A stretch of DNA of 64,000 bases from Octopus vulgaris (GCA_951406725.2 OX597821.1:75330001-75394000), one strand, 5' to 3'. Shown: positions 1 to 13,413, counted from the first letter of the stretch. Numbers and translations: made by a program. The notes: generated by a model not told the origin, from the letters alone.

Positions 1-562
1 CGCCGGCGAAATTCTTTTTCCCACGAGAGTTCCGGAGTCCCAGTAATGAACTCATTTGCATACAACCAATCAGAGCTCAGCTTACCTTGTTGTGAAGTTA
101 ACAAACACACTAAAGTAAACTCAAGACGAAGAAACTGTGTTGTAAGTCGACCGATCGCCAAGTTACGCCTGATTTTAGAAGGAGACAAGTAGATTAGAGA
201 GACTTGCATCTATATCTATTATTGGATTTCGTTAGGGCCCCATATGGTAAAGATGTGGATGGGGAAAATGTGGGTGGAGGGTGATGTGTTAGCAAACCTC
301 TCTCTTTAGTGTTATACAAAATAAACAACAACACAAATAACTACGCAGAGGCAGCCATGGTTGGATCAAGAACAAGAACAAGAAGCATTATTAAAGAACA
401 AAAAAAAGCATGGTCATTCCTTACCCATGTGACCTTATCTTATCGCCCATCACCTGTTATGCGCTCATAAATTAGACTGATAATTGAGCTTTGATTGACT
501 GTGTACAAATGAGTTCATAAACGAGGTCCGGAACATTCATGGGAAAAAAATTTCGCGGTCCG
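1..562. mobile_element. MITE-like non-autonomous DNA transposon with long inverted repeats (left end runs off the window)
   Basis: 1-84 (cgccggcgaaattctttttcccacgagagttccgga...atgaactcatttgcatacaaccaatcagagctcagctta) matches the reverse complement of 481-562 over about 80 bp; no coding capacity. Confidence 0.7.
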
Positions 563-815
563 CCGTACACAGAAATGGTAACTGGTATTGATTTAAGGGA
601 GGTAACTCCACCTTGTCCTAGGCTTTGCATGTAGAGTTGTGTTCGGAATGTTTTTGTGTTCAAAAAATTACCTGACCATGACGTGTTTCTCCATGCAGTG
701 ACAGGGAGGATATGTGCCTCCAGCGATTTCAGTCTGCCGAATCGTATATGCGGCTAAGTGCTGTGTAGGTGCGAAATCAGGGGTCACACTCTGATCGCCC
801 ATAAATAAAAACCTT

Positions 816-817
<2 letters not shown>

Positions 818-862
<45 letters not shown>
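818..862. repeat. (TA)n microsatellite
   Basis: direct reading. Confidence 0.95.
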
Positions 863-865
<3 letters not shown>

Positions 866-1002
866 AACACGAGTTGTGATATATAAAAAAATGAAGAAAA
901 TGCTAACAAAATAATTCAAGTAATTTAAGTAATTTAATTAGGTGAAAGTGTTGTTTGTGTGTGTGAGTTCCTTTCTGTGTTTTTCCTCTTATCTTATTTT
1001 GT

Positions 1003-1047
<45 letters not shown>

Positions 1048-1383
1048 GTGATGGCGCATGGTTCAGTGGTTAGAGCGTCGAGCTTACGATCGTGAGGTTG
1101 TGATTTCGAATCCCGGACCGGGCTGCGTGTTGTGTTCTTGAGCAAGAGATTTTATTTCACGTTACTCCAGTTCACTCACCTGTAGAAATGAGTTGCGATG
1201 TCACAGGTGCCAAGCTGTATCGGCTTTTGCCTTTCCCTTGGATAACACTGGTGGCGTAGAGAGGGGAGGCCGGTATGCATGGGCGACTGCTGGTCTTCCA
1301 TAAACAACCTTGCCCGGACTTGTGCCAAGGAGGGTAACTTTCTAGGTGCAATCCCATGGTCAGTCATGACCGAAGGGGGTCTC
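1048..1383 (+). mobile_element. tRNA-derived SINE, family C (tRNA head plus CORE/Meta-like central domain)
   Basis: Pol III A box (tggttcagtggttagagcg) and B box (tttcgaatccc), then tgtgttcttgagcaag...gttactccagttcactcacctgtagaaatgagt; related copies at 6945, 41735 and 45700. Confidence 0.8.
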
Positions 1384-1489
1384 GGCAGTGTGTGTGTGTG
1401 TATAACCATTAGTCTGCGTCCAACCTGCAATACCTTCTTGAAGAACGTAAATCGATCGACCCAAGAACTAAATTATTATTCGAGCTTCT

Positions 1490-1770
1490 TTGACGAACTT
1501 CTAAGTTACTAGGACGTAAATACACCAACACCGGTTGTCAAGCAGTGGTGGAAATTAAACACAGGCGCATGATACACACACACACACTCACACACACACA
1601 CACACACACATTCGAGGGACCCTTTTCAGTTTCTGTCTACCAAATCCGTTCACAAGTCTTTGGCTAATTAGAGGATAGAATAGAAATCACTTGCGCAAGG
1701 TTCCATTGAGTAGAACTGAACGTGGTTTCATGTGATCGGGAAGCTGGTTTCTTACAAGACAGCCTCACCT
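1490..1770 (-). mobile_element. SINE family B, decayed copy with internal (CA)n
   Basis: ttcagtttctgtctaccaaatcc...cacaagtctttgg is the reverse complement of the family B core seen at 2259-2730. Confidence 0.7.
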
Positions 1771-2258
1771 ACACCAAGCCAGGAATCATTAAATAGCACC
1801 TAACTTTGATTCTTGCAGTGTTGTTTTTTTTTTTGTAAAGATGCTGAATACGTTTATAATCACCTGAAGAAAACGGGTTTTTTCGCATGATGTAATAACT
1901 CTATTCATCAATAAAAGAAAAAAACTGATTTGAAACAGCTGTAGTGAGTGAAGCAATACCTGTCCGTTGTTATTTACTGATTATTGACCTTATCGGAAAC
2001 TGCAATTAACATGGATCTGGATCCTGTTAAGCGAAGTACAATACGTGCACAGAGTGTTCCTAGGCACAGCCTTGAGAATCGTAGTATATTCAGTCGGGCG
2101 AGTGTGTTCGGACGAGCCACTGGAATTCTAACCCGTTTGGACTTCGGTATGCACGTACATATTATTCTCATTTTGTTGTTTTGTTCACGTTTGTTATTTC
2201 TTCGAGCCGAACTTGATGCTTTACCATTTTAGGTATTTGATTCACTGTGGCCAATAGA

Positions 2259-2485
2259 CGCAGGCGTGGCTGTGTGGTAAGAAGCTTGCTTCCCAACCAC
2301 ATGGTTCCGGGTTCATTCCCACTGTGTGGCTCATGGCGTAAGTGCCTTGCACAATATCCTCAGGCCGATTAAACACTTGTGTGTGGATTTGGTAGACGGA
2401 GAGTAAAAGAAGCTCATCGTATATGTATGTATGTGTGTATGAATGTATGTGTGTATATATATATATACATATATATTTGTGTGTG

Positions 2486-2523
<38 letters not shown>

Positions 2524-2730
2524 TGTGTTTGTGTGTTTGTGTCTGTCCCCTCACCATCGCTGGACAACTAATGTTGGTGTGTTTACGTCCCCGTAACTTA
2601 GCGGTTCGGCAAAATGGACTGATAGAAGTACTAGGCTTACAAGGAATAAATCCTGGGGTCGATGTGTTCGAGTAAAGGCAGTACTCCAGCATGGCCAAGG
2701 TGAAATGACTGAAATAAGTAAAAGAATAAA
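2259..2730 (+). mobile_element. SINE family B (tRNA-like head, internal TA/GT microsatellite, A-rich tail)
   Basis: gcaggcgtggctgtgtggtaagaagcttgcttcccaaccacatggttccgggttca head; gtggatttggtagacgga core; ends gactgaaataagtaaaagaataaaa; matching copy at 28057-28485. Confidence 0.8.
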
Positions 2731-3334
2731 AATATACATATATATATATACATATAAATATGTATGGGTGGTGTGTGTGTACGATTTATAGATAGACATT
2801 TATATACATACATATATATACACACATTATACATACACATATATATTTACATAAAGCATATAAATATCTATCTATGTGTGCGTACATTTAATTTTATCCT
2901 AAATTAAAACCCAGAATGTCTTGAATTACAATAAACTGACACGTTTCAAAAATATTTTAAGTAGAATTCAAATTTCAGAAATTTCTCTACAAATCCACAA
3001 GAGCTGTTCTTTTCACCGAGAATCGCCCAATTTACATTCGATTACAGTGGCAATAAAAAGAAAAGGCTTCGCATACAACCGAGCATTTCAGTAGCTTGAC
3101 ATTAGACTTGCTCACTGTTGCTGCTGCTATCTCGTCGCAAATAATGCGAGTTGTAAAAATTATTTGAAATAATGAAATAAATACACGTAAAATTTCGACT
3201 TGCAGGAGCAAGTGAGTTTTTATTTCCCTTGGAAATAAAAATACAGCTTTCACTCTTCACTGATTATCTCTTCGCAGTATTGTCTTAATTTTCTATGATT
3301 GGTTCAGTAAATTTGTTTACCTCTTCATTTTTAC

Positions 3335-3696
3335 ACACTCACAGACACACAGACACACACACACACACGCACACAAACACACACACAAATACACACACGC
3401 ACGCACACACACACACACACATAAATACACACTTATACACACATGCTACACACATATATCTATAAACGGCTTTAAAATGCATATGCATTTATATATATGT
3501 ATGTGTGTGCGTGTATGCGTGTATGTGTGCGTGTGTGTGTGTATATACATATTTACACACACACACACACATATATATATGCACATATATATATATATGT
3601 ATATATATGTGTTTTTATATATATATACGTATGTATATACACACATATATAAAGAGATAGGGAGAGAGAGAGAATGTGTGAGATAGATATATATAT

Positions 3697-3739
<43 letters not shown>

Positions 3740-3755
3740 TATATATATATATATG
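3335..3755. repeat. compound microsatellite (CA)n/(TA)n/(TAGA)n
   Basis: direct reading. Confidence 0.9.
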
Positions 3756-4036
3756 TTATATAGCCATATGCATCTAGCTAGGTGTGTGTTGGTGCGAGTG
3801 TGTGCGCGTGTGCCTTGTGCCTCAGTGCGTTTGTATGCTTCCTATATTTCGGTAAGTTATTCCATTCTACCATTATTTATTATTTATACATATAAAAATA
3901 TTTTCCTCGTCTCCAGTAATTATTGCTTTGTTCGTTCTTAATAAAACAATGATGGGGACATTGAAATTTCTTAAATTCGAAATACAAAAAAAAAAAATTT
4001 CTTTCTCAAGGGAACTCTTCTAATATTTTCTAATTC

Positions 4037-4052
4037 ATTATTATTATTATTA

Positions 4053-4139
<87 letters not shown>

Positions 4140-4155
4140 TTATTATTATTATTAT
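4037..4155. repeat. (TTA)n microsatellite
   Basis: direct reading; source of the poly-N ORF. Confidence 0.95.
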
Positions 4156-4398
4156 GAAATATGGTTATTTTTATTATTATCCGAAGAAATACATTTCGTA
4201 TTACACAAACGCCGACTGAATTTTCTATTAAAAGATATTTTTTTCTATTATGATCAAATAAAATGTGCATAATTATAAGGAATATTTAAATGTTCTTGTA
4301 TTGTTAACGATAATATTTAGGCATGCATATGTGCGCGCGCACACATATATATGTGCCTACATACATACGTATCTACGTACATACATACGTTCATATAT

Positions 4399-4452
<54 letters not shown>

Positions 4453-4797
4453 GTGTGTGTGTGTGCGTGTGTGTATAGACATAAATATATATTTGTGTGT
4501 GTGTAAATTTATATGTATATTTACGTGTGGCTTATGCATAAATGCACATTGAGTGATAGACAGAATGACAAAGAACAGGCATATATATATATACATATAC
4601 ATACATATATATATGTGTGTGTGTGTATGTATATATATGTATACATATAAATATATATATATATGTATGTATACATAGACGGAGAGAATGTCTAGCTCTG
4701 AGAGAAAAGTTTAGAACACAAGAACATTCATTATATGCTTTTTACGTACATCAAATGCATAGAAAAAGATATTCCATATTTATCTACATTATAAGTG

Positions 4798-4834
<37 letters not shown>

Positions 4835-5252
4835 ATATGTGTGTGTATGTATATGTATTATATATATAAACATATGTGTGTGTGTGTGTATGTGTGTATT
4901 TACATACATGTATGTATATGTCTGTATTATTGATTAATATAACGATTATTTATTCAATCTACTCTGCTCATCTAAATTCTTTAGTCACACAATTTCGCCC
5001 GTTTTTCACCCTTGTTCTCTTCATGTCCCCATTGTATTCAGTACTGTATGTAATATACGATATTTCTTATTATTTACCATTCATTTAAAAAACATATATA
5101 TATAGTTAGCTTACTCAAGGTTTGAACTCATGACTTCTTCTTTAACAACTACATTTAACACCTGACATCCAACTCTCTAATAACAATTCCAAGCTATTTT
5201 TAAGGTGCTGCGCAGATGAATTTATTAAAATGTAACTTATAAGTAGAATATT

Positions 5253-5652
5253 CTTTTCTACTCTAGGAACAAGACCCGAAATTTTGGGGAAGGGGGCCAG
5301 TCGACGATTAGATCGACCCCACGGCGCAACTGGTACTTAATTTATCGACCCCGAAAGGATGAAAGATTAAGTTGACCTCGGCGAAATTTGAACTCAGAAT
5401 ATAAAGACAGACGAAATACCTATTTCTTTACTGCCCACAAGGGGCTACACACAGAGGGGACAAACAAGGACATACAAACGTATTAAGTCGATTATATCGA
5501 CCCCAATGCGTAACTGGTACTTAATTTATCGACCCTGAAAGGATGAAAGGCAAAGTCGACCTCGGCGGAATTTGAACTCAGAACGTAGCGGCAGACGAAA
5601 TATCGCTAAGCATTTCACCCGGCACGCTAACGTTTCTGCCAGCTCGCCGCCT
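5253..5652 (-). mobile_element. SINE family A dimer with 14-bp TSD
   Basis: two copies of the core gtacttaatttatcgaccccgaaaggatgaaag..aagtcgacctcggc; head ends ...ctgccagctcgccgcct; ataagtagaatatt repeated at 5239-5252 and 5656-5669. Confidence 0.85.
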
Positions 5653-6341
5653 TTCATAAGTAGAATATTGCACAAGAAACCAGAACAATAGAAAGTTTAA
5701 AACTTTAGACGCTTTGCGATTTTTGTCATTGCATCATTTTAAGTATTTTAACAAATCTAGCATATCAACAATATTTTACAGAAAGAGTACCGTATGTCAT
5801 ATATTTTGTTAGAAATATCGATAATATATTGACTGTTAATCACAGTAGGTGACTGGTACTTGTAAACCATTTGCGAAGGATAAAGTCCTGCCGATAATGT
5901 AGATAACTTTGTGCTTGGCTGTTATTCAACCATTTCGATCAAGGTCTCATCTGCAACAAGATTCGCTGACTTTGGTTTGTCTTAGAGACTTATGTCACCT
6001 TCCTTAAAATGTCTAAATCAGTTTTGTATCACACACTCATTCATTTTCCCCAAGTCTAGCGTAAAATGGCTCTAATTGTAAGGTTTCCAACACTCACTAT
6101 CAAAGCTGTAAAATACGAATAAACAATTAATGTTTTATATGAAAATAAAGGAAAGACTATTCAGCAACGATTGGACAAGTTGCATTAAATTCCTGAAATA
6201 ACATGACGATACAAGATGCCACAAGTTATCAGTTAAAATCCTAAAAAACGCAACCTGCTATAAACACATACAAACACGCATACACATGCGCTCACACGCA
6301 CACTCACACACGTACACAGATACATATATGCGTATGTACAT

Positions 6342-6463
<122 letters not shown>

Positions 6464-6944
6464 CTAGATAGATAGATAATAACGGTCTTTTGGCTGCTAT
6501 TTCTAAAATGTTCGGTATATGGTTAAGCAACCCTTAATTATTGTTATATATATATATATATACACATAAATACAAACACACGCATATATATACATATACA
6601 TATATATGTATACGTATATACACACATATACATATATACATATATATATATACATACACCCACGCACGCACACACACACACATACACACGCACCCACATG
6701 AAGCAAAAATCTGATCAAGTCAAAAGATAGTTACTTCCAGATATTGGATCTTTCTGGAAACTTAGTAGCCTTCATGAACATATCAGAAATAATCATCTCC
6801 TTGGATCGGTAAACAACCTGTTTATACATCTTACGGGGAATCTTGGTTAGTAATGATTTTTAGATATATCATTTTTCTGTACGCTTGCAGGGTTGTTCTG
6901 TTACAGCTGCTCGTCTAACAATAAACATTTAGTATACAAAATAA

Positions 6945-7190
6945 TAAACGTCTCCTTCTCGAGCCATGCCAGGATCAAGAGGGTCGCATCCCTGTTTCAA
7001 TGGTGTATATATTCCACACATGGACGGACGCCGATCTGTTGCAGGATTACCCATGTTTACCAGCTGAGTGGACTGGTGCAACGTGAAATGAAGTGTTTTG
7101 CTCAACAACACAACCCGTCGCCCGCTCCGGGAATCGAAATCACAATCTTACGGTCATGAGTCCAACACCCGAACCGCTAATCCACACGCC
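6945..7190 (-). mobile_element. SINE family C copy
   Basis: B box gggaatcgaa and A-box region at 7129-7190; cagctgagtggactggtgcaacgtgaaatgaagtgttttgctcaa core; flanked by near-duplicated aaca(c)tttagtata. Confidence 0.75.
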
Positions 7191-7205
7191 AACACTTTAG
7201 TATAT

Positions 7206-7425
7206 TGGCAGAAACGTTAGCACGCCGGGCGGAATGCCTAGCGGTATTTCGTCTGTTTTTACGTTCAGTGTTCAAATTCCGCCGACGTCGACTTTGACTT
7301 TCATCCTTTCGGGGTAGATAAATTAAGTATCACTTATGCACTGAGACCAATGTAATCGACTTAATCCGTTTGTCTGTCCTTGTTTGTCCCCTCTGTGTTT
7401 AGCCCTTGTGGGCAATAAAGAAATA
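7206..7425 (+). mobile_element. SINE family A monomer
   Basis: tggcagaaacgttagcacgccgggc head, gtcgactttgactttcatcctttcgggg core, tail ...cccttgtgggcaataaagaaat. Confidence 0.85.
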
Positions 7426-7526
7426 AAAAATATTAGCCATATTTTTTCATACTTTACAACTTATAACAGCTTGTACCAAAACTGATGAAGGATTTTTATT
7501 TTGCCGTTTTATTTTCCGTCTTGAAA

Positions 7527-8130
7527 ATATCCGAAGTTTCATCAAAAAGTATCGGATCTGGTGCTATAAAAAGAAAACTGGAACACGTATCAATTCATCA
7601 TTTAATCTTTTTTGATGTAGTCCCCTTCTGAAGCCATACAGTTTATCCAGCGTCCTTTCCATTGATGAAAGTATTCCTGGAACTCCTTTGCAATAGCGAG
7701 TAGATGCCTCGCCGCATTTCCTTGGATTCCCTGGATGCTTCGAAATCTTTTAATGGTCATCCACTGCGAAGACTGAGCTTTGGTTTGGGGTGTCATAGCT
7801 ATAGACCCACGACTTGAAACATGATATTCTTTTTGAGACGACCACACTCTGTAAACTTTACTTCCAAGAACTGCTATAAATAACGGTGAATGAATAAAAA
7901 CGTTATAACTTAGTGCAGATGTGTCACACAGTTCAAGGTCAATCTGTTTCAAGCGGCTTCTCGCTGCGTAATTTAGTTCTGTTATCATAGGAACAGATCA
8001 GACACGTTAAAAAAAAAATCATAACTCGTACACTGCTTCAGTTCGAATTGGCTTCCAAAATCTGAGATGATGGTTGTTTGAGATCTTGGGTAAAAGCCTG
8101 AGTTTTTCAACTGGAAACATGGGAGTTAGA
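7527..8130 (-). pseudogene. internally deleted mariner (Tc1/mariner) transposase relic
   Basis: ORF 7602-7988 contains P.TKAQSSQW and C-terminal FQEYFHQWKGRWINCMASEGDY, typical mariner segments; the catalytic centre is missing. Confidence 0.7.
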
Positions 8131-9273
8131 CAAGGCGAAGTATTGGCATGTGTTCTGTTTAATATCTTGGTCTGTGTAACCACACTGATGCGCAGAATAT
8201 GCAGACGTAAGCGCAAGCTTTAAAGAACTGCCAATTCAACAGGAGCTTTTTCAACTTCGAAAGTGAGATCTGAATAGTCCATTGAACTGCAATACGCTAA
8301 AAATTGCGCGCTATTAGCTCATACTCCGGAAGTTCAACAAGCCATCGCTTTGACAGCCATTACAGCATATAAAAAAAAATTGGCTTGACATCATGAAAAC
8401 TCAGGTGATCTATAAATGACACTCCACCACATTTCCTCAATGTAACAGCAACAACCAGCTACCCCTTTACAGATTGGGTTCCTTTGTAGCATTATGTACA
8501 AAGGCTACACATTGGACGAGAAGATTACAAACGACACTATGCTAGCTTCTATATATTTTCTAAACTGCTTTCTTTTAAACGTACAGTTGCGTACTGCCAA
8601 CCTTGATACCTGAACAGACGCACAAGCGCGCATGCGTGCTTGTACCTATCTGTTGACATATATTTGTCATGTGTAATTTTTGCAAACATATAATTTTTGT
8701 TATATTATATTTCCATGTCAAAATATAGTTCGTCACATTTTCCTGCTGAATAAATACATTTTATTAAATGCGATGAATTAAGTTCTTCTCTTCTGTCTCA
8801 CTTCATTCATCCGATATCATCTGTTGGTCCTTTCATATGCCAAAATAGACTAATCTTAGATTTACATTAACACATTATCTAATTCAGAGCTATCAGATTA
8901 AATAAATAATTAAATAAATAAACAAAAAGACATTTCGTAGCTATTTATATTTACTGATTGCGGTCAGTCCGTTATTCGTTCATTGTATTTCCACTTTAAG
9001 TAGCTTAAGCAGCAATTGTTTCCGCCAGACACAACCGTTTATAAACTTGACACAAAGGCTACGGGGAGTCGAGACGTGGCCAGAACGTTAATGTGCCGTT
9101 GAACTTTCTCTAAAACTAAGATCACCTGTGGAGTGAATTGTCGGTAAACGTGTAGAGACAACCAAACGTCCTTCGAACCAATTTCATGGTTCTCATCTTA
9201 CAAACGAAACTAACAAAAATAGAATTCAGTAATAAAGGGTTGACTAGCATGTATACAGAAAACGATCCCTTAG

Positions 9274-9281
9274 TATTATCA

Positions 9282-9354
<73 letters not shown>

Positions 9355-9363
9355 CATTATGTA

Positions 9364-9434
<71 letters not shown>

Positions 9435-9447
9435 GTTGTTATCATTG

Positions 9448-9486
<39 letters not shown>

Positions 9487-9490
9487 CTAT
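9274..9490. repeat. (TTA)n microsatellite
   Basis: direct reading. Confidence 0.95.
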
Positions 9491-9547
9491 TCATGGCGGC
9501 GAATACCCTTTTACACTATTACTATTGTGGTTGTTGCTGTTTTTAAT

Positions 9548-10003
9548 GCGGCGAGCGGGCAGAATCATTATCACGCTGGGCAAAGAACGTAACGGCATTT
9601 CGTGCGTCTTTAGGTTCTGGGTTCAAATTCCACCGAGGTCGACTTTGCCTTTCGTCCTTTTGGGATCGAGAAAATAAGTACCAGTGGAGTACTGAGGTCG
9701 ATGTAATGAGCTATCACCCTCCTCCAAAATTTCTGGCCGTGTGCCTATAGTAGAAAGGATTATTATTATTATTGTTGTTGTCGTTGATAAGGCAGCGAGC
9801 AGGCAAGATCGTAAGCACGCAGGGTAAAATGCCAAGTGACATTTCGTCCGTCTTTACGTTCTGAGTTCAAATTCCACCGAGGTCGACTTTACCTTTCATC
9901 ATTTGGGTGTTGATGAATTAAGTATCAGCTAAGGACTTGATTTCGATCTAATCGACAAACCCTCTGCCCCCGAAATTTCTGGCATTGTGTCAAAATTTGA
10001 TAC
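9548..10003 (+). mobile_element. two tandem SINE family A copies
   Basis: gttcaaattccaccgaggtcgacttt occurs at about 9622 and 9865, each preceded by a gcg(g/a)cgagc head. Confidence 0.8.
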
Positions 10004-10443
10004 TATTATTATTTCTGCTGTTGTTTTTTTTATCTGATTTAGTCACAAGGCCAGTAATTCTCGGCCAAGGGCTTTTGTCTGATGAGATTGTCCAAACACT
10101 TAACTGGATCTTTTCTTTATCGTCTTGATGATCTCAGCCGGATTTGAACTCAGAACATAAAGAGCCATAACTCACTCCACAAGAGAGTCTCTCCGACGAC
10201 CTAACGATTACATCAATCCGCTGCCCGAATGATATAGAAAAATGTCCAACTGGGGGGTCGAACCCATGACATTTGCCTTCCTAAACATGAGTGTGTCCCA
10301 TTTCAGTAAACCCAATCCTTTTGAAGCCACCAGTCATCCCCGTCTTTCTCTCTTCTCTGACACCTTAAAGATAAATGAGAGAGCATTTAACTAATGTTCT
10401 CCAGCAACATAAACCTCTCTTTCTCTTTTTTTTCTCTCTCGCT

Positions 10444-10477
10444 CTATCTATCTGTGTATCTATCTATCTATCTATCC

Positions 10478-10545
<68 letters not shown>

Positions 10546-10637
10546 GTCTGTCTGTCTGACTGTCTCTCTCTCTCTCTCTCTCTCTCTCCCTCTCTCTCTT
10601 TCTCTCTCTCTCTATCTCTCTACCTATCTATCTATCT
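10444..10637. repeat. (ATCT)n/(CT)n compound microsatellite
   Basis: direct reading. Confidence 0.95.
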
Positions 10638-10894
10638 GGCTATCAGTGACCAGCAGTACGACTTCAACAGCGCTCGATCCAGTGGAGAGCAATGAATTCA
10701 CGATTTGGAGAAGTTTTGGTAAAACAAAATCATCCGATACTTCGAATATGTTTCGCATGGAAATCTTTCAAAATATACTTTCTGACGCTGAAGAGAAGTC
10801 CGTGTGTTGCGGTCCTAGCAATGCTAACAAGGCGCTTTTGCTAGGATAGATAATTCTGGCTGTGTTGATTTGCATAAACTAAGAGATAGTAATA

Positions 10895-11095
10895 AGGTTT
10901 TAAAATTTCCACACAAGATCGTCAAGTTCGAGGGCAGAGGCTAAGTCGATTATATTGACCCCAGTGCTCAATTAGCAATTTTAATTATGGACCCCGAAAG
11001 GGTTTTAGGAAAAGTCGACTAAGGCAGAATTTGGACCTAGACGCAATGCGGCCACGCATTTTTGCCCGATATGCTATGAAATCTGGCAGCTCGCA
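10895..11095 (-). mobile_element. SINE family A, decayed
   Basis: gaccccgaaaggg...aaagtcgactaaggcagaattt...tggcagctcgc. Confidence 0.7.
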
Positions 11096-11129
11096 GAATG
11101 AGGTTTAGAATTTGGAGTAACTGTAAAAG

Positions 11130-11480
11130 CTGAAGTTGAGTGTCGCTCATGTTTTGTTGAGTGCGATAGAGTGGGGGTTCCTTGAAAGAAGTCTTTGAAT
11201 GATTTTCATTGCTAAAAGAGATATGACTGGTTTGCTCTCACTTAGGGGTTGTGAAAGGGGAATTTTTTGGGTGAGGTTTTAGTTTCTCAGTTTTGGGAAT
11301 CAAAGTTATTGCGTGAAGCATCAAGATTGCATATGGGTAAAGCGTGACCTTAGGGTAAGTTAGGGAGGAACGAAGGATCACACAAGAGTGGGAAACTGTC
11401 GGAGTGGTGATATAAAGAAGGAAGAGTTTGGGAAACACAACCAAACCCTGAGAACCCCTTAGTCAAGATGGGGGTGGGGG
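11130..11480 (-). pseudogene. LINE reverse transcriptase fragment (Jockey/I-like)
   Basis: ORF 11238-11444 has AITLIPKTEKLKPHPKN, matching the A....IPK..K.P..P..YRPISL motif at the RT N-terminus; frameshifted. Confidence 0.5.
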
Positions 11481-11944
11481 AAACTCATCAAATCTTGTGA
11501 TGGTGCAATCAAATTGGAAACTAAGCGTCTAATCTAAGAAATGAGGGGTGGGTTTCACTCTGTAAAAGCTCATTAGTTTATATTTGCTATTGTTGTTATT
11601 GTCGTTCTTAACACAAATTAGTTCCAGTAATATTTATTACACACAAAATTAATGAGACCATAGATCATGATTAATTAGTTCAAAACAAATTTTCTTGAAT
11701 TAGCATTTAAATAGCTTATCAATATCAATAAAATTTACTTATGTAAAATGGCAACAAATCTATCGTCAACAGACATTGTTGAAATAAATTAGGAAATGAC
11801 ATTGATTGTCAGTCGATGAACATACATTCAGTTTGGTAGCACAACATAACAGAGCAGACAAATGCATTAGTAACAAGACTGTTTATATGGTATTCTGGAT
11901 ATATTTCTGATTTATTCTCAACGTAGATTACATTTTATTTTTTA

Positions 11945-12336
11945 CAAACAGTATCGCCCGGCGTTGCTTGGGTTTGTTTCGACCCTTTAGAATTGAAATT
12001 TTTGAAAAGTAAAAATTTTGCATTATATAGCTTGTTATTCTCTTTAAGTGAACATTTTTCTGGTTCAAATACACCGAAAAATGGCGACACAGCAGTCAAA
12101 AAATCGTAAAAGATAAGGATTTTTATAGGAAAAAAGCACCTTTTTGATGTAAATAATTTTTGGTGTTAACATGGTCTGATTTGAATTTTATCTCCTACGG
12201 AATGAAGAGAAAGCCTTTGTCTATCGTACTTTCAATTTCGGTCAACTTGCGTCGCAGGGGCTCGGAGGAGATAGGGTTAGTTGAAGGCTACCAAACCTGC
12301 CATACACAGACAACTTCAGCTTTATACATAGAGAGA
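11945..12336 (-). mobile_element. non-autonomous Helitron-like element
   Basis: on the minus strand it starts TCtctctatgtataaagctgaagttgtctgtgt and ends with hairpin ccca-agcaacgc-cggg plus a degenerate CTAG; both ends match the 19898-20196 element. Confidence 0.7.
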
Positions 12337-12409
12337 TTAAAGCAAAAAACAATAATACACCTAAATATTGACCTTCATTACATATTTTCTGCATAATATG
12401 ATATTTATT

Positions 12410-13413
12410 ATTGGCTTCAAATTTTGAAATAAGGCTAGCAGGTTCGGCGGAAGGGTAAGTAGATTACCCTGATCCTCACTGCTCGACTGGTACCTATTTT
12501 ATCGACCCCGAAAGGATAAAAGTTAATGTCGACGTAGGGGGAATTTGAACGCGAGACATAAGGACACACAAAATACCGCGTAGCATTTTACCCGTTATAG
12601 TGATACTCTGCCAGCTCGCCACCCTAGAATTAATTTTAATATAGCTTATTGTTTAATATCTAATATGATTTCAGAGCGTAGAGTCCTGGCAGAAATGTTA
12701 GCACGCCGGGCGAAATGCTAAGCGGTTTTTCGTCTGCCGTTACGTTCTGAGTTTAAATTCCGCCGAGGTCGACTTTGCCTTTCATCCTTTCGGGGTCGAT
12801 AAATTAAGTACCAGTTACGCACTGGGGTCGATGTAATAGACTTAATCCGTTTGTCTGTCCTTGTTTGTCCTCTCTGTGTTTAGCCCCTTGTGGGTAGTAA
12901 ACAAATAGAAATTGGTATTTCGTTCGTGTATATTTCCTGAGTCGAAATTCTGTCGAGGTCAACCTTCATCCATTCGGGCCCGATAATATATATATACCAG
13001 CTGTGCACTGGGGTTGGTGTAATCGATTTAGACCCTTCCCGAAATTGCTGGTCTTGTGTCAAAAGTTGAAACCAATATATGTTGTTACCCCTAACATTTA
13101 TAACACAGGGAGTATTAGCCGAAGACTAACATTTAGTTTGGCCTCACCGTATAAGTTATTCTATGTAGCTTCTTAGTGCTCTCTGTTTCAAAATTACCTC
13201 AAAAATAATCTCTTCTATTCTAGGCACAAGTCCCAAAATTTTTGGAGAAGGGGATAGTCGATTAGATCGACCCCATACACAACTGGTACTTAATTTATCG
13301 ACCCTGAAAGGCAAAGTCGACCTCAGCGGAACTTGAACTCAGAAAGTAAAGACAGACGAAATACTGCTATTCATTTCGCGCGGCGTGCTAACGTTTCTGC
13401 CAGCTCGCCGCCT
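12410..13413. mobile_element. cluster of SINE family A copies (minus 12410-12625, plus dimer 12686-13075, minus 13210-13413)
   Basis: core gtcgactttgcctttcatcctttcggggtcgataaattaagtaccag present in both orientations. Confidence 0.8.

Noticed and set aside
1050-1125. tRNA gene
   Set aside because: A and B boxes run straight into a SINE body, with no proper acceptor stem or poly-T terminator; the same holds for 41975-42043 and 34480-34545
8960-9215. Possible minus-strand exon after an acceptor-like ttttgttag
   Set aside because: All frames close quickly, no recognisable protein, and no supporting neighbouring exon
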